Positions 36,408 to 46,902 of a stretch of 64,000 nt of DNA are shown one piece after another (the first letter of the stretch is position 1; the number at the start of each line of letters is the position of its first letter). Source of the stretch: Hormiphora californensis (lineage: Eukaryota > Animalia > Ctenophora); NCBI GenBank assembly GCA_020137815.1, contig CM035358.1, positions 6,324,001-6,388,000 of the forward strand. The letters run 5' to 3'. The notes under the pieces are model-generated. The model was given only the letters and a program-made list of their open reading frames with translations, was not told where the DNA came from and ran no database searches. The translations under genes were made by a program, and so were the position numbers.

Positions 36408-39400
36408 AGTAGAGAGACAAAAATTGAAGCCAAAGCCCAAACTTCCCGATGAGATAGAAAGCTAATCTCTGGTTGCGTTGGATTCGTCTCGAAAAGGTGA
36501 TTCAGAAAAGCTCCGTTCTCCTAGGGCGTGTTAGACCACAGTCGGACCCTAATAGTTCCTTTAGCCGGTAGCTGGAGATCGGCTGTATCCCTATATTAAC
36601 ATGTACTACAACTGTTTACTGTGAACATGGGACTTGTCACCCAAATTATGTGTATTATATTTACAGCACTCGACTCATACAGTTCACTGTCATCCTCAAT
36701 AAATAGTTTTACGTTGTAGTTGATGAAAGTTTGAAACTGTCGTGCATTCGTTAACATGGTCTAAGCCCCTGTGATTAAAAACCCTTAACCTTAATTGATT
36801 GGGCTGGGTGGACACGATTGAGGTTTGGTTAGAATTTATACGCACATTGGTATAGACTGTATGTAATTTTACCATATTTACTAGTATTAGTAGGTTCACT
36901 ACTTACGCGAGTTTTGATGTGGGTACGAAAAAAGACAGTCAATTCGTACGATATTTTATTTTGAAAAGTTTAAAACACAACGAAATAATACAACTGTATT
37001 TTGGAGTGGATTTAAAACAAAAGTTATCGAAAATCACGTATTCCCTCCTCATCCTCACGTTTCCATAGAGGTGCTGTTTCTCTCAGTAATTGCTTGATAC
37101 GATGGAGTTATACTACCTAATCATTAAAATCCTCTTTTAAAATTCATCTAGTCCTTCAATGAAGGCCTCCCATTCTGCACGGGTCCACAGTCCCTGGCCC
37201 CAAAACTCTATCTCCTCAATAAAAGATTCCCATTCATGCCTGGTCCAGAGGCCTCGGGCCCACTCAGCGGGGGGTTGGTTGTTCCTGTTGTTTGGAACAT
37301 GTGCCACCGGGGCCGGGGCGGCCTCCCCAGAGATGGCTATCTCCACCAGAACATCTTCGTCAATATTCTCCTGGGTGGCCGCTTGGCCGACGTCAATATT
37401 CTCCTGGGTGGCCTGGTGGCCGGCATCCCTGTCATGTTGGGTGGCCTGGTGGCCGGCATCCCTGTCCTGTTGGGTGGAGTCTTGGCTGTCGTCCATCTTC
37501 TGTTGGGTGGACTCTTGGCTGGGGTCCCTCTTCTGTTCCTCCACAGCTGGGGTGTTGCGGTCTTTGTGAAAATGCTTTTTCCACATCCAGCCAGCAGCAG
37601 CGCCCGCCGTGGCGGACGCTCCGATGAAAATTACAGATTTGTAAGTTTGTGGCCGGCTGTTCATGTTGTTACGAACAGGGCCCGGGCAGCCTCCCCAGGT
37701 GTGGCTGGCATGGCCGGTGTCGGCTCTTCACGGCTAGGTGTAGGTTGTGGGCCTCCTTGGCCGGGTGGGCGGCTAGGTGTAGGTTGTGGGCCTCAGTGGC
37801 CGGCTGGGCGGCTAGGTGTAGGTTGTGGGCCTCCTTGGCCAGGTTGGCGGCTAGGTGTAGGTTGGGGGCCTCCATGTGTGCCCTCCATGGCCTCCTCAGC
37901 CGGGGTCAGCTGTCCAGGTATGGCCTCTATGGCCTCATCAGCCGGTGGTGGCTGTTCACATGGGGCGTCCGCCTCCTCAGCCAGTGCCGGCTGTTCACAT
38001 GGGGCGTCCCCCTCCTCAGCCAGTGTTGATGTGGGGCCTCCTTGAAATATTCCCACTCTTCCCGGCTCCACAAGCCCCGGCTCCAGTGCTTGATACGATG
38101 GAGTTATACTACCTAAAATCATCTGGTGGTATGTAGTCTCCTCCGGCAAATTAGTAACCGGGGGCAAAACCAACAAAATGAAACGTATCAGAAAGTGACA
38201 TTTAACAAGTGAGCAAGAATTCCGGTTGCAGTTCCAGCAGTGCTCCTTCATCAAACTAGCGATTGCAATTTGCGAATCTGCAACATCACAACAATTCAAT
38301 TTGAAAAACAATAATTCCGTACACCTCCAAAAACAGTTAGTGACATAACTCCTTCATAAAACCATTTATTCACGGCGACTTCAGTTCTTCGTACCAATTG
38401 CTGTAACTTGATCCGCGATCTATTTATATCCCAAATAGTGGTGATAACAGTGACAAGTGTAAAATAACAGAAACACTATTCATAGATGAATTTACCTGAT
38501 TCATTGGCTTTGAAGAGGAACGACACATTTCCCCTCTTCCATGTGTTCTGATCAAATCCCACCAAAGTAGAATCAACCCTCACAGCAGGTCCACTTTTGT
38601 AGATTTTGTAGGTGTCACTAGGACACATACGGGATACAAGTGGGACCCAACTTGAAATATCCCATCTGGTGAAGGAGATGATATGGAGTTAGTAGTGTTG
38701 AATGTTTATCTGCCTATTGGATCGTGTTACATGGCAGGCGTGGTTAGGAGTGTTTGATGTCCCTATTGGATCGTGTGGCAATTATAATTACATGGGGGGG
38801 TAAGATAACAATATATTGCAGTTTACTGGAGTGTAAAACTTACTTCATTTCACAGTAGAAATCGGGTGCATTGCTAAGCGTTTGAAGTAGTCCAGCTACC
38901 TTTTCAGCACTCTGTGTCGCCCTGAAAACAAGGAAATAAAACATCAGGAGTGATGCAAATTAAACTAAACCACTTTGTCGCAGACCACTTTCTCATATAT
39001 CTGGTGCGAGTAACATTACCTGACTCTATTCCTGGCCTCCAATGTTTTATCAGCCAACTCAATACTTCCAGATGAGATACTCTCCTGGACAATGGACCAC
39101 CCTTCCTCTGTTTCCAGATCTGTATTTGCCCCGTGGTTCAGCAAGACCTGAGGGGAGGTTCCGTTAGAATCTACAGGGATATTCATCTTTATACTGATCG
39201 GTTTCATGTGTGATTAAAGATCGTGTATAATATCAAATCGTCTCACCTCTGCAGCTTCCATGTGCCCGAGAATGGCACACAGTTGTAAGGGGGTGTGTCC
39301 CCAATCATCGCGCTTATCTACCTCATTACTATTAACGGCCTCCAGCAGCTCCTGAGGGTGTTTAGAAGGTGACTTTTGGGGTTTTTCCACTTCACCGTGC

Positions 39401-39478
39401 ACTTTGACCTACCTGAGGGCTGTTTATACACGCATAATAGTGTAATGGGAAGCGCTCTCTTATCGTGTTTGTGTTCAT
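29566..39478 (-). CDS. ANKRD13: Ankyrin repeat domain-containing protein 13 family (ANK repeats, GPCR-chaperone domain, UIMs), multi-exon
   Basis: MNTNTIRERFPLHYY..; WGHTPLQLCAILGH; GWSIVQESIS; APDFYCEMK|WDISSWVPLVSRMCPSDTYKIYKSG..VRVDSTLVGFDQNTWKRG; LPAGFPVNIEIPLYH; C-terminal UIM EEEDAELERIIALSLSEQ*. Confidence 0.92.
32586..32915. repeat. 32-bp intronic minisatellite abutting an ANKRD13 donor site
   Basis: ~10 copies of GATCTCACTTGCTCTCTCCTAGTTAAAGTAAC; the minus strand carries CAR|GTGAGA donor-like sequence. Confidence 0.9.
34888..35382. mobile_element. ~495-bp element bounded by inverted GGTAGTATAACTCCTTCGTATC..TTAGCGCTAATTAACGTTAATT repeats
   Basis: ~50-bp inverted repeat at both ends; the outer ~27 bp recurs ending at 37117 and 38113; no clear TSD. 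Confidence 0.6.
35403..35918 (-). CDS. Orphan ~171-aa protein: N-terminal hydrophobic anchor, 6x 13-aa acidic repeat (EEGDAPVEEPSxx), C-terminal WAKGLWTRQEWLDFIEE motif; nested in an ANKRD13 intron
   Basis: Clean single-exon ORF. N- and C-terminal blocks are conserved with the paralog at 37137-37664 while the repeat cores differ. Confidence 0.6.
   Translation of the reverse strand: MFNSDAYKSIMLIGASAAAGAALGLMWKRYFQQEGPPSAAEEGDAPVEEPSPVEEGDAPVEEPSLAEEGDAPVEEPSPVEEGDAPVEEPSLAEEGDAPFEEPVPAEEGDAPIEQPSLALAKGATEAIEATPGEDSPAPVRNNMNSRPRADWAKGLWTRQEWLDFIEEIDGF
37137..37664 (-). CDS. Orphan 175-aa paralog: YKSVIFIGASATAGAAAGWMWKKHF anchor, 11-aa Q/D repeats, duplicated W.GLWTR.EW..FIE motif
   Basis: Open ORF with clear homology to 35403-35918 at both ends. 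Confidence 0.55.
   Translation of the reverse strand: MNSRPQTYKSVIFIGASATAGAAAGWMWKKHFHKDRNTPAVEEQKRDPSQESTQQKMDDSQDSTQQDRDAGHQATQHDRDAGHQATQENIDVGQAATQENIDEDVLVEIAISGEAAPAPVAHVPNNRNNQPPAEWARGLWTRHEWESFIEEIEFWGQGLWTRAEWEAFIEGLDEF
37665..38087 (-). pseudogene. Third, disrupted copy of the orphan family, fused to the start of the second copy
   Basis: EEGDAP repeats, ATPGE..APVRNNMNSRP reached by a frameshift, in-frame stop at ~37793, WSRGLWSREEWEYF in another frame. Confidence 0.5.
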
Positions 39479-40469
39479 TTCATGCTACCGCATCCTATAA
39501 AGCTCATAAATCAGAAGATATGCGAGAGAGCTGACTGTCGGGACTCGGGAGCGCAAACAAACGAAAGTGAAAAATCAAAAATTAAAAAATTAAAGTGCAA
39601 AAAAAGTTCAGGAAAAAATTTTGAGCACAAACAAAATCAGAAAACATATAATAAATTAATTCATGGTCTTGATAATTCTTCTTATCCTCTTCATATGTTC
39701 ACTTCACGTAACAAGCTCAGTGCAAGCTAGGTTGGCGATGCCGATCTTCCTCCGATTTCCTCTCAATGCTATGAGGCATGTCCTCAGTAGTGAGAACCGT
39801 ATCCTCGTTTAGTTCTGAGTTAGTTCTGAGGTGAGTGCAAAAAAAGTAAAAACGTTTCGATTTGCACTTCTCAAAATTTGACTTCTGAGTGCGCGGCTTT
39901 TGATATTTAGCCGCGCGGATTTGCCTCGCTTTTTGCGCCATGGTCTCTGTTTGGCTTGCACGGCGCGTTACAGACATGTTATTGGACACGTTGATATGTG
40001 AGACCGGGTGAGGCGCCACACAACTTATGCAACCCGCCACACCTACATGATAACATACAACACAGAGGAGGAGGGGAGAGATATAAAGGGGGCTCTGATC
40101 GGAGAATGTAGTTGTGAACTTTGAGTAAACCGATTGGAGCCTTGTTTGGGTTTTGTTTACACTGGGTTACTCAGTGTAAAGTTTACAGTAAACAAAACCC
40201 ACTCAGTAGGAGGAGCTAGAGACACATATGGTTGTGGAACCACCTTTAATCAACCCTCATAAAGCGAAGGTTATTACTTGTTGGTTAAAAAACCAATATA
40301 AGTTTCTACAAAGCCAGAAAGAGAGTGTGCCATAGTGCGAATATTGCAAAATATGAGGGAGCAAATGAGTTTTAGCACTCTGAACTAAACACAAAAGTAC
40401 AAAGTGGTTTGTGTTTTAAAAAGTATAAAACCATTGTGAACTATAAAACATGTGCAACCTACTGATCAA

Positions 40470-43400
40470 TCAAATTTCATTCTTTTTCTCTTTTTCAACT
40501 TTTTTCGGAGTCTCCTGTACGGGCAAAGCGTTCTTTTCTACCGATTCCTTACCCACTAAAGAGTCTTTCTCTTTTCCTGACAAAGAGTCTTTCTCTTTTC
40601 CTAACAAAGCGTCTTTCTCCTTTCCCAATAAAGTATCTTTTTCTAAAGAAGACTCCTTCTCTTTTTCTAACAAGTCCTTTTTCTCTTTTTCTAACAAGTC
40701 CTTTTTCTCTTTTTCTAACAAGTCTTGTTTCTCTTTCTCTAATAATTCTTGTTTCTCTTTTTCTAGCTGTTCCAGAAGTCTCTGTTTCTCTTCGAGTTCC
40801 TTTTCTTTAGATTTGGGGACCGTCACAACCGGAGACTCAACTTTATCGACAGGTTTTACCACCGGATCATCCTTCTTTTCAGCCGTCTCAGCCTGTTTTA
40901 CTTCTTTTTCATCTGGCACTATCGGTTTAACTGCCGGCTCTTGTTGTTGCACTGGTTTTACTATTCCTTCCTGCGGCACTGCTTTTACTGCCTCTCCCTG
41001 CTGTACCGGCTTCACGGGTTCCTGTTTTAATTCCTGTTTTGGTTGTTTGGTTGTAGCTGTTGCTTTTTGTTGTCCCACTACTTCCGGCTTTTGTTGTTTT
41101 TCTACCACCAGCTCTTCCTTTTTGATCACCGGAACAACTTCCTCTTTCTTTGCAGCAACTGTTACTGGTTTGAGGGGCTGATCTGGTTTGTTTACAATCG
41201 CGGCAGGTTCCTGTTTTACCACTGGCTCTTGTTTGATCACAGAGTCCTGTTTCACCACTGGCTCCTGTTTCACCACTGGTGCAGCAGCAGGTTCATCCTG
41301 TTTTACCTCTTTCTCCTCCAGAACCGGCTCTATCTTCTGTTCCTTCACAGGTTCCTTCTTCTGCTCAACAGGGGGAGCCACATCTAACTTCACCACAGGA
41401 CCCCTCGATCTCCGATCAAACTTGGGATTATTCGGTTCCTTCTGCAACACATTCAGCTGCTGTTTCAAATCCTTTATCTGGTTTTCAATCCTCAACGTCT
41501 TCTCCGCCCTCAGTTCTGCTTTAGTCTCATCCAGTTCACGTTGAAGAGAATCCAGTTTCTCAAGAATCTCAGTGTTTGTGAGGACTAGTGGGATGTCTTG
41601 TTGTTGTTGGAGGGGAATGTTGGCCAGTGGTACTACCGCCTGAAACACAAGGGTATAACAGTTACAGGGGTAGAATAGTATAGGACATGTTTTGAATGTA
41701 ATAGAGTTCAATGTTGATAGACGATTCAACATGATAGAGCTCAATCGATCCAATTACGAACCGAGAGCAGTAAACAAATTAAAACAAGTCGGATTTACCA
41801 AACAATTGTTTCGATCCTAGATGGATCTCTTCAGTGTAATAGAGTTCATAATTCTGGCCCCTTCTCCTTTCTTGAGGAAAAGTAGTGTCGCGATCGAGGT
41901 GAAACTGTCATCACCAACCGATAACAATTAATTAATTAATCGCCAACTAATCTTGTTACTAATTATTCAGCAAAATCAATCACCAATTACCTGTGGAGCA
42001 GTTTGCACGGGAAGGGGAGCCGTGTTGGTATGCATCACATCCAGGACTCCAAATATGGTTGTGAAGAGTCCAACCCAGAGACACACCTTGGCCATCTTTC
42101 TCCCTGCATCTCCCACATCAGAAACTTTGAGGTAGAGGAGGCCAGGGAAAATCATGGAGATGAAACACCCTGATGTAGCACCTGGGTGAGAGATGGGAGG
42201 GGGTGTTAGTAGTGGGGTGAGAGAGGGGGGTGTTAGTCGGGGTGAGGGCACTCGAGGGGGGATGTTAGTAGTTCGTCGGGGACCTTGGGTCTGGAAGTTT
42301 CTGGTACAAACTTCGTACCCTAATGGGTCACACAGATTCGATAATTGAAGTGGCTGTAAACATGAATTGTGGGTACCTGACAGAGCAAGGACAGTGTCCA
42401 CTTTCGGGAACATGATTGATAGAAAGAGAGTTCCGATCACCAGCACCACTGTAATAGTTTGGAAAACTTTGGTTGACATATGAGCCGGGTCTGCTTTCTC
42501 GCCCTGTTAAAAGAGGGGTGGGGTCAGAAATATGCTTTCTCGCTCTGTAAAAGAGAGCTCGAGTTATATTATATTGGAGCTGCCGTGGTCTCGTGTGAAA
42601 CGTATCATTGATATATCAATGTTTGGTTTGCATCTGGCACTAGGCAGTGGAAGAAAGTTTGCTAACACATTGCTTCACACAATTGTAGTTATTCCATAGA
42701 AATGCAATCACCCAACACACGTGTGTACTACATACAACATTTAACATGGGTAGTGTGTACCACATTTAACATGTGTTCCACAGAGAATACATGGGGGATG
42801 GGGACAATAAAATGGATTCAATGTTGCCGATTGTTGAGTTTCGCATAGTTCATAACCCTCTCAAACTATGTGCATTCATAATAACTTTTATTTACTCCAG
42901 ATCTCTCTCCATGTTATTTGCACATATAAGAAGTGATACCCCCAAACCAAAATAATCCCACCCCTTCCTATCTACTTACACAGAACAGTGAGTTAACTGA
43001 TATCCTAGTAGGAATCAGGAAATACTGGCCCCTGATTGGCTGATAACCAGTCACGTGACCTAAATAACGAGCTCTGATTGGTTGTTTACTGCTATCTACT
43101 TACACAGAATAAGGAGTTAACTGATATCCTAGTAGGAAACACCACGAGCGGGAAACTCAGCGCCAGACAAATCACAAAGAGAACTTTAAACAACAAAGTC
43201 ATGGGTGATAGAGGAAAGTTGTTGAGCACGTTGCCTTGAGTTGTGTTTCCAAATGCAAGAGAGCCACTTATACCAACAACAAAGTAGAGAAATCCAACAA
43301 ACAGGAGGGCGTAGTTTATCACCTGTGTGGGGGGGGGGGGGGGGTTAGAGATACATTGTATTTATATTGGGGGGGGGGGGGTTAGGGATACATTTTATTG

Positions 43401-45086
43401 TCGCTAGATGTGTGTGGTTTCTGGGTTTGAGTAGGACAATATTGTTTTGTTCAAACTCTTGGCGTGTGAATAACAGTCTAACTTGGCAAGGACAATAGGG
43501 ATCGAGGGCTATCCCCATTTGGAGTCGAAATAATTCCTAGAAAAGCCAGCAGCAGTCTAGCAGTGCAGACACGATCTGAGCACACATGTCGCTTTGAGTA
43601 TCAAAATGGCGGCGCCAGACAGGCCATCATGGAAGGGGTTATATAGTGTTGCTAGGTAATGCGATTGAGAACCACCTGCTATATGAGAGAAATTAGAGTG
43701 AAGAAACAAGAAGGTCGAGTGTAGTTTTGGGATTCGATTATCTCTTAGATTGGATAATGTTTGGCAATTTCTCTTCCGTAGAGTACACAAGCCGGAGTAT
43801 GGGCCAAATAATGAGACCTACCAATATGTTACTAACTGTTACTAATTAGCACTAATTAACGCTAATTAGCACTAATTAACAACTTACCCGTGTCATTTTC
43901 TTGATAGACCCATTTTGAAGCTCGGCGTATATAGGAAGAAGGGTTGTCTGACAACTGAATGCCAATGCGAGGATGGGGTAACATTTTGAGAGACCACTCC
44001 ACTTGAAATAGGGAATATCGGAGGGTGTGTCTCGTAACAACCAATCACCCGTTCCTGAATGGGCGGAGTGGTTGTAAAGAGGTGAAGTTCTTGAAAAGAT
44101 GGAAGTGGATGGGGTCACGAGAGGCACACTCTACTTAAATACTCAGTTTGTAATCTGGCCTTCTATTATAGCAGCCCCTACTCATTGTTAGGCATCAACC
44201 TGATTCAGATATGTATTAGTAGACTTACCATAAGTGAAAATAAATAGTGTAAAAGTTGAATACACTATAAGTGACACCACACTCAGAATATTAAGCGAAC
44301 TAATATTTCTCAACAGTGAGAAAGGCAACTCCACAGACAAGAGAAAGAAGAGTTGTACAGCCAGCCTCCATTGCCCGGAGGGTGTAACACCGAGAAGTTG
44401 AGCAAACATGTCGCTACTGTCCCCCACTACTGCGTGGAAAGATACCAGGACTCCAATCAGCATGGCACAGATGCTGGGGAGAGTTGTTTAGATAGTTTAT
44501 TAAAGAGAAAGTGCCAGGTTTATATTTTGTGAACATGTAACAACTGTTTCATATTATTATTACTCTATTACTATAGAGTTTTTAGAGGATCAAAACTAAC
44601 TTTATTTCGCAGAGCTTTTTCCCTCGTGCACCGTATAACTTCATTGCTGAAACAAAAAAGGTGAAAAGCTGATGAAAGGAAACAGCTTAATATATTGTTT
44701 ACGGAAGTACAGCGTCCTTACTTATTATTGAGTGTTTTTTTGTATAATTAAAAACAATAAATAAAACTTACACAGTTGTTCATAACTCCGAGACTTGGTT
44801 TGGGCTGCAGCCTCTATCAGTAGAACGGATGTAGTTAGAGATAGATAGCCACATAGTAACAAAACAGTTGGTCCCAGTAGCAACCCCAACTAAAGAGTTA
44901 TGAGATGTATTTGTGCGGTTGAAAATGAATAGATTACAGACTCATACACTACAAACAGAAACCAATATCCCATGATTGATTTGACAATTTAAAACCTACC
45001 GATTTCATTGAGTAAGGAAGAGCAAGGATCCCCACTCCAATAATACTGTTAGCAAGGTTAAACACTGCATCCCAATTAACTGACAT
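40470..45086 (-). CDS. SLC38A10: SLC38A10-like amino acid transporter (Aa_trans domain plus long charged C-terminal tail), multi-exon
   Basis: MSVNWDAVFNLANSIIGVGILALPYSMKS; VELPFSLLRNISSL; LAFSCQTTLLPIY; GNVLNNFP; LSFPLVVFPTRISVNSL; VLALS|GATSGCFISMIFPG; ~390-aa E/K/P/Q-rich last exon. Confidence 0.85.
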
Positions 45087-45341
45087 TTCTCCCTCCTGCA
45101 ACAGTAGAGTCCTATAATTCCAGATTATGAGCCAGCAAAATTGAACAAATTTGTACACAAAAACAATAGGAATAACGGATAACACTTTGCACTGAGACTT
45201 TGAAGCTTTACAAATTGATTAATGGACCAATCCTCGGGGGTCGGGAGGGAGTCCATTGCCCAAAAAACGTGTTAAAAAAGAAAGATTTAGTTCTAAGGCA
45301 GTAAATTAACTGTTTTCAGCAACAGAAGCAGCAGTGTATAC

Positions 45342-46566
45342 TCCATTTTTTTTCAACTGTTCACCCCCCAAAGTCGTGCGCGGAATTTTTTTGCGCGTCT
45401 ATAATAATAATAAATAATAAAAATGACAGTTTATATCCCGCACTGACACAGTTTGTATACAGACAACTCGTTTTCCTTAATTTGAAAGGGACTGCAGTAG
45501 ACTGCCTGCTCCTAGCACGGTTCTCTGATAACGGTGAGTTTGTGGGGAACTATCCCACTTGGATAAGATTATTACGGATGAAGTAGCAGCCGTCAGGATC
45601 TTCTGATCGTATCCGCTTCAAAGTGGACCTTAGAGCTTTTTGCTCTTTCAGTTCAGAGGGCGTAAGATCCGGAGAGAGATAAACAGCCGAAAACTGTTTG
45701 GAGTCTTTGAGGTTTCGTGCCTTTCTGAGGAGTGCGAGGAGAGTCGCTCTCTTCTCCAGGGATACTAAGAGCGGTCTAGGGCGCTTCTCATTTCTTTCGC
45801 CGATGCGTTTCATCGTAGTCACTTTCGGTTTCTCATTTAATTCCTCAAAAAGTTCGTCTAAAGTAGTTTTAGCTACTCTATCGGTTGTTTCTGGGAGACC
45901 AAACACAACCATGTTCTTCTCTCTTCCGGGCTGTTGGACGGGAGTAGGATGATTCACTGGTAGTGGTTTTCCCACTTTGGGGGAGGTTGCAGCACAATTC
46001 TGTGCTAGCACAGTAGAGTAGGCTTTCACCTTCTGCACCGATGCTGTCACTGTACTGAGTTGTTGCTTCTGGTGGTTGATAACCGTTTGCTGAAGCTCGA
46101 TTACGTTAACCCGATGGAGGTCAAGTTCTTCTTTACATTCACGCAGCTGTTTCTCGAGGTTTTCCACACTGATAACCGTTTCAAAATTGTTCATTGTTGC
46201 TCGGGCAAGTTTCATACTGGAGAGAAAAATACGCGAAGTAGCCTCGATTATTTCACTCGTAGTTCGGTCCTTGAGACAATGTCTAAAGTACGAACCCCAG
46301 TGCTTGCTAGGCGAAGCTAAGCTGTCGTTGGTTAACATTGAATCGGGTGCAGCTTGAATCGATCTATAACATTGAGTAAACTCATCTGGTGTGATGCTCG
46401 TCGTGTTGTCCGAATTCAACAGGTAAACTTCAGAAACAAAGTCATCCACCGTCTCTTCTAATCGTTTTATCATAGGGTTATCGCATGTTAACGTGTAGCG
46501 CGCGCAGCGTAAATTAAAATATTGCACGCGCACGAGTTGGAGGGTGAACAGTTGAATAAAAATGGA
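45342..46566. mobile_element. Inverted-repeat-bounded element (TCCATTTT..CAACTGTTCACCC..GTGCGCG) enclosing a LINE derivative
   Basis: ~40-bp inverted repeats at 45342-45382 and 46527-46566. Confidence 0.65.
45401..46497 (-). mobile_element. Internally deleted CR1/L2-type LINE: intact ORF1 (45550-46473), a stub of ORF2, and a (TTA)n 3' tail
   Basis: ORF1 motifs coiled coil, REKNMVVFGLPE, RIG..RPRPLLV, LLRKARNLK, VYLSPDLT..E; SCLYTNC at ~45448-45468; GCGGGATATAAA..(TTA)n tail at ~45401-45442. Confidence 0.75.
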
Positions 46567-46902
46567 CTTTACTTTCTACATACACTCCTGAAACTGAGAG
46601 ATAGGCTCGAGTCTCGATCGAGAACAAAAACTTCAAAAACGCGCTTTTTGCAAAAAGGGAATTTTAAATTTTGAAAACTTCGGGTTTTTTAAGATGGTAC
46701 AACGTTGTTTGAGCCGCGCCGCAATTTATGTAACGCGCGAAATAAAATTACTTTAGCGGTGCATTTAGCGCGGCGTAAAGTTTTATAATTTGATTTTTTA
46801 AACTTTTCAGGAATTTTTAGCTCACCTTTCGAGAAAAAACTCCCCTAAAGTGCTAAAATTCCTCGAAATTGACGCTAAATGACACCTTAGAAGGGCTTTA
46901 AA

